NCBI GenBank assembly: GCA_037441675.1
Contig: JBBIRS010000003.1
Span: forward strand, 160,001-224,000
Origin: Planctomycetales bacterium
GTDB taxonomy: Bacteria > 4484-113
DNA length: 64,000 nt
Reading direction: 5' to 3'
The notes under the pieces are model-generated. The model searched no databases. It was given only the letters and a program-made list of their open reading frames with translations, and was not told the DNA's origin. The position numbers were made by a program, and so were the translations under genes. Shown here in pieces: positions 60,342 through 64,000 of this stretch (positions are counted from its first letter, which is position 1; every line of letters begins with the position of its first letter).

Positions 60342-62936
60342 ATGCAACTTCGCTGGTACCAATCTTTGGTTCTAGTTTTTCTCATCGGAGGATTAAGGAT
60401 GGATGTTAGCTCTGAGGATATTAGTGCAATTGTAGATGTTGAAGGTTCCATAACGATATGTCGTGGAGGAAAGCCATTCATTAGCGATGTTCATCTTGTG
60501 CTGGGTGGGAGATCGCGGTACTGGAAGACGATAAGCCAAGGTGGTGAAACCTCTCTGCCTGAGAATGGTGAAAGTCCTAAGCTTGTAGAACCAGAATTAG
60601 CTAGCTTAAAGACAAATGAAGTAGAGTTTACAGCTGGCGAAAGGGTGTGCGTTAGCTTGAAAGTGGAGAATCTAGATAAATCAACAGTCATTAGAATTGG
60701 TGTGGACGCAGACCAAATTGATATTGAAGAAATTCATTTTATAGGTAAAACGGATTTAACTGAAGGATTAATTCTAGCTAACGGATTTCACTCGTGGGAC
60801 ACAAGAAAACCTCAGAGAATCGAGGATTTGGCGGAGGGGGAATTTGTTGAAACCTACGGTTTTAGTTTGGTTGATAGTAAAGTTCTTTTTGGCTTTACTG
60901 GAAATAACTTAGCTATTAACAAGTTTAGACATTATAAAAATGGAAGATTAGAGGCGATTTCCTACTTTGGAAGCAAAGTATTTGACAGAATAGCAAGTGA
61001 AGAATTGACGATTGTAATTTATGAAGGCAAAAATTCAGCTGAGCTTCTTCAGAGATATCTGACACATTTTGTTAAAGGGACAAAAAGGAGCATTGCGGGC
61101 GGATGGTGCAGTTGGTACTACTATTATGAAAAGGTGAGGGAGGAGGACGTGGTCAAGAATGCAGAGATTCTCGCAAATTATTTTAGATGGCAAGGAGCGG
61201 AGTATGTTCAGCTGGATGACGGCTATCAGATTGCCAATGGTGATTGGGAAACGAATGAAAAATTCCCGCATGGGCATAGATGGCTAACGAACAAGATACA
61301 AAGCCTTGGCCTAAAGGCAGGGTTGTGGATTGCGCCTTTCATTATTGCGGAGAAGTCTAGTGTCTTTAAGGGGCATCCTGATTGGATGCTTAAGAACGAG
61401 GACAAAGAGCTCGTCAGGTATCTTGACATGCCGCATTGGGGTGGGCAGACATTTATTCTAGACCCAACTAATCCTTCCGCGCAGGATTGGCTGAAGAAAC
61501 TAGCGAGGAAAATTACTGAGGATTGGGGATATGATCACATCAAAGTTGACTTTATGCACATCGTTTCTTCCTATGGAACGAAATTTTTTGCCAACGTCAC
61601 GCCGGTGGAAGCTTATCTGATTGGCTTGAAGGCAATTAGGGAGGGAGCTGGGGATGCGTATCTTCTAGGTTGTGGAGCTCCGCTTTTACCTTCTGTTGGT
61701 TACGTTGATGGAATGCGAATTGGTGGAGATGTTTGGGCGGTTTGGGATGGAATTGAGCCGGCATTTCTCTCCACATCTACGCGCTGGTTTATGAATGGCA
61801 AGCTTTTTTGGACTGACCCGGATTGCTTGCTTGTACGTGAACCGCTCACGATTGATGAGGCTAGAACCTGGGCAAGCTTTTATACGATTACCGGTCAGAT
61901 GAATCTCTTGAGTGATGATTTGGGCAAGCTTGGAGATGAGAGACTTGGACTACTTCAGAAAACATTTCCGATAAGAGTGCCGTATAAGGTAGAACCTGTA
62001 ATTACTCCGCCTGAAAAACCAAGACATGCTCCCGCAATAACAGATGATAAGGGTAATGTTTTTGAGCTTAATGCACTATGGAAGTTTATTTATGATGATG
62101 GCAATTTCGCTGGGATTGAAGTTGATGACTCATCGTGGGACAAAGTTGAAATGCCTCACCGGTGGAAGTCGGATTACGATGGTTTTGGCTGGTATAGGTT
62201 GCGGTTTAAGCTTCCTCGAGATTTTCTAGGCGGTAATTTAACCTTAGAGCTTGGGCGTGTGGACGATTCGGATGAGACATTTCTAAATGTCGTGAGTATT
62301 GGCAAAAGTGGAGAATTCCCTCCGAATTATGAAAGTGCTTGGCCAAGATTTAGACGATATAAAATTCCAAAGGAGCTTTTGAGAGACGACGAGGAGAACG
62401 TTTTAGCGGTTAGGGCCTATGATGGAGGAGGTGCGGGGGGAATATACAACCTAGAGCCTAATATTCCCGGCTTTGAAGTCTGGCGCAGGTTTGAGCGTGT
62501 GGATGGCGGGGATGGAGCGGTTCTCTTTATGAATTTGCAGGAACACGAGAGAACCTTCACTCTTGAGCTGGAAAAGCAATATTTAGCCTTTGATTATTGG
62601 CAGGAATTGTATCTTGGAAAACTGAATCGCTTGACAATCCGCTTGAAACCTCACGAATGCGGACTTATTTGGCTAAGGGAACCAACTGAAGCGGTGACAG
62701 TTCTTGGAACTTCCTCTCACATCACGGGAAGGCTAGAATGGGAAAGTGAGGGTAACTCAATTATGGGTAGCATTCCGAAGGGAAATTACTTGGAGTCACC
62801 ACGCATCTTTATTTATGTTCCTGAAAACTATCGTATCGCCCAGGCGGAAGGCGAAGTTAAAAGGGTGGGGGAGCCCACCACACTCACTCTTTCAGAAGGC
62901 ATTAGTGACTTTCGAGTCGTTTTCGCGAAGAAATAA
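60342..62936 (+). CDS. GH36-type alpha-galactosidase-like glycosidase with an inserted jelly-roll domain
   Basis: GWCSWY, QLDDGY, KVDF, MRIGGD, DPDC; start may be ATG 60399 (after GGAGG). Confidence 0.85.
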   Translation: MQLRWYQSLVLVFLIGGLRMDVSSEDISAIVDVEGSITICRGGKPFISDVHLVLGGRSRYWKTISQGGETSLPENGESPKLVEPELASLKTNEVEFTAGERVCVSLKVENLDKSTVIRIGVDADQIDIEEIHFIGKTDLTEGLILANGFHSWDTRKPQRIEDLAEGEFVETYGFSLVDSKVLFGFTGNNLAINKFRHYKNGRLEAISYFGSKVFDRIASEELTIVIYEGKNSAELLQRYLTHFVKGTKRSIAGGWCSWYYYYEKVREEDVVKNAEILANYFRWQGAEYVQLDDGYQIANGDWETNEKFPHGHRWLTNKIQSLGLKAGLWIAPFIIAEKSSVFKGHPDWMLKNEDKELVRYLDMPHWGGQTFILDPTNPSAQDWLKKLARKITEDWGYDHIKVDFMHIVSSYGTKFFANVTPVEAYLIGLKAIREGAGDAYLLGCGAPLLPSVGYVDGMRIGGDVWAVWDGIEPAFLSTSTRWFMNGKLFWTDPDCLLVREPLTIDEARTWASFYTITGQMNLLSDDLGKLGDERLGLLQKTFPIRVPYKVEPVITPPEKPRHAPAITDDKGNVFELNALWKFIYDDGNFAGIEVDDSSWDKVEMPHRWKSDYDGFGWYRLRFKLPRDFLGGNLTLELGRVDDSDETFLNVVSIGKSGEFPPNYESAWPRFRRYKIPKELLRDDEENVLAVRAYDGGGAGGIYNLEPNIPGFEVWRRFERVDGGDGAVLFMNLQEHERTFTLELEKQYLAFDYWQELYLGKLNRLTIRLKPHECGLIWLREPTEAVTVLGTSSHITGRLEWESEGNSIMGSIPKGNYLESPRIFIYVPENYRIAQAEGEVKRVGEPTTLTLSEGISDFRVVFAKK

Positions 62937-62962
62937 TCTTTAGAGAATTGAATAGCTTATCT

Positions 62963-63508
62963 TTACTCTTCCGCAAGCTTATGCCCGAGTTCGTGGTACT
63001 TTTCATGCACGCCCTTGCCCATCTCTTCCCGCTCAATCCTTTCAAAAGCTTCTACAAGTTCTTTTTGGTCATTCTCCGTTAGCACGTTATCGCCCATTGG
63101 GAATAGGATACTGTTCTCTTTGTCTATATGCGCAGTTAGAAGTTCAGTATAGCCAAGCATAGTGTTAGCAAGTTCGTTCTTGAGAGAATCATCTCCGGTA
63201 TTTAATTTCTCCAGCAGTTCAGCCATTCTCCGCACAAACGCTCTTCCCTCTTCGTGCTCATAAAGCATCACGCCGATGGGTCCGCCATCGCGAGGAATGC
63301 CACACTGCTCCATTCGTGGGAAAAGGTGCTTCTCTTCTTTTCCGTGATGGCACTTGTCAGTGAAGTTCCTGAAGAAGTCGACAATCTGCGAAACTTTTTC
63401 CGCGTTAACGGAGCTTGTTTCCAAAATTCTATTGGCTTCACGCTCCACTCCTTTGAGCACCAGAAGAATAATTTGATGCTCGTGCATTAAGATTTCAGTC
63501 GGTTTCAT
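62963..63508 (-). CDS. Hemerythrin-like (HHE) domain protein
   Basis: LMHEH, CHHGKEE..LFP, EHEEGR, HIDKEN..LFP; start 63508 after GGAG. Confidence 0.9.
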   Translation of the reverse strand: MKPTEILMHEHQIILLVLKGVEREANRILETSSVNAEKVSQIVDFFRNFTDKCHHGKEEKHLFPRMEQCGIPRDGGPIGVMLYEHEEGRAFVRRMAELLEKLNTGDDSLKNELANTMLGYTELLTAHIDKENSILFPMGDNVLTENDQKELVEAFERIEREEMGKGVHEKYHELGHKLAEE

Positions 63509-63597
63509 TCGTTTCTCCATACAACATTTTTGTTTGTGGGCTGTTTCAGACGGAAATGCTTCAACTATTGTTTGGGAAGCTTCCATCTTCGTATAAA

Positions 63598-63641
63598 AGT
63601 ATAACCGCTAATTATGGTGAATGACGTGACATAAGTCTCAA
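63598..63641 (-). promoter_or_regulatory. Class II CRP/FNR-family promoter of the hemerythrin gene
   Basis: Minus-strand TTGAGA-N6-TCACGT (63641-63624) centred at -41.5 relative to a TATACT -10 (63603-63598). Confidence 0.55.
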
Positions 63642-64000
63642 GGAGGGATGAAAGTCCTGCATTTTAGCCTTATACTCTTTAGGGGGTGATTTCCCCTTTC
63701 TAGATTATCTAACCGCAAAATCTTTGCTTGATTCTCACCTATTCATTTTTTGGGGTATAATGATAATGAGTTCCTTATGCAAGGAAGAGAGTAGGGTAAC
63801 TTCTCATTTTGGATGAGGTGCTAAGATGAGAGATGTTTTCCAGATGGATGTGCTCTCTCTCTAGGAGAGGAGGGGTAAGAGCCCAAGACATTCCCTGATA
63901 TTTTAGATGTATCACCCGGATTTGCGTAGGTAGGGGATTTTGCTGGCGGGTTGTCTTGCGCTAGAGCAGATGCTATGTTATGCCTTTTCGTAGAGGGAAA

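Noticed and set aside
484..63490. Numerous 60-150-aa ORFs antisense to or nested in the main genes
   Set aside because: They are shadow ORFs of well-supported genes, with no motifs or SD support.
63650..64000. Gene or RNA at the window end
   Set aside because: No recognisable ORF or RNA motif; context is truncated.

Overview
Bacterial chromosomal window, roughly 43% GC by eye, probably from an uncultured lineage and probably a long-read MAG given recurring single-base lesions. 1-13.2 kb: a respiratory nitrate reductase operon (partial upstream membrane-anchored gene, narG-narH-narJ[frameshifted]-narI-narK), then an atypical Moco riboswitch and a Moco biosynthesis operon (moaA, moaC-moaB/mog fusion, moeA, MOSC, TSUP, mobA). 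13.5-17.6 kb: an orphan alternative-complex-III ActB-like gene and a secreted hypothetical protein. 18-21.9 kb: an accessory patch with GC-rich dinB behind an SOS-box-like palindrome, a decayed BsaWI-family restriction-modification pair and REP-like repeats. 22-64 kb: mostly housekeeping and metabolic genes (pepF, GNAT, glyQS, pepA, lysS, birA, L,D-transpeptidase, isobutyryl-CoA-mutase-type IcmA/IcmB, DedA, serS, stand-alone lipoyl protein, acyl-CoA dehydrogenase, queA, trpS, carB, SRAP, DoxX, DUF1572, dienelactone hydrolase, MFS, GH36, hemerythrin), interspersed with large modular surface lipoproteins. Best leads: the Moco riboswitch variant with a duplicated CCUAAG element and a coupled leader ORF; a candidate non-canonical LexA box (CTAT-N8-ATAG); orphan ActB; the ICM specificity residues plus an unannotated small membrane ORF; a dockerin/PKD-stalked PQQ dehydrogenase; and both PQQ dehydrogenase paralogs carrying single in-frame stops. 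No rRNA, tRNA, CRISPR array or transposase was recognised. All family assignments are from motif recognition; no database searches were run.
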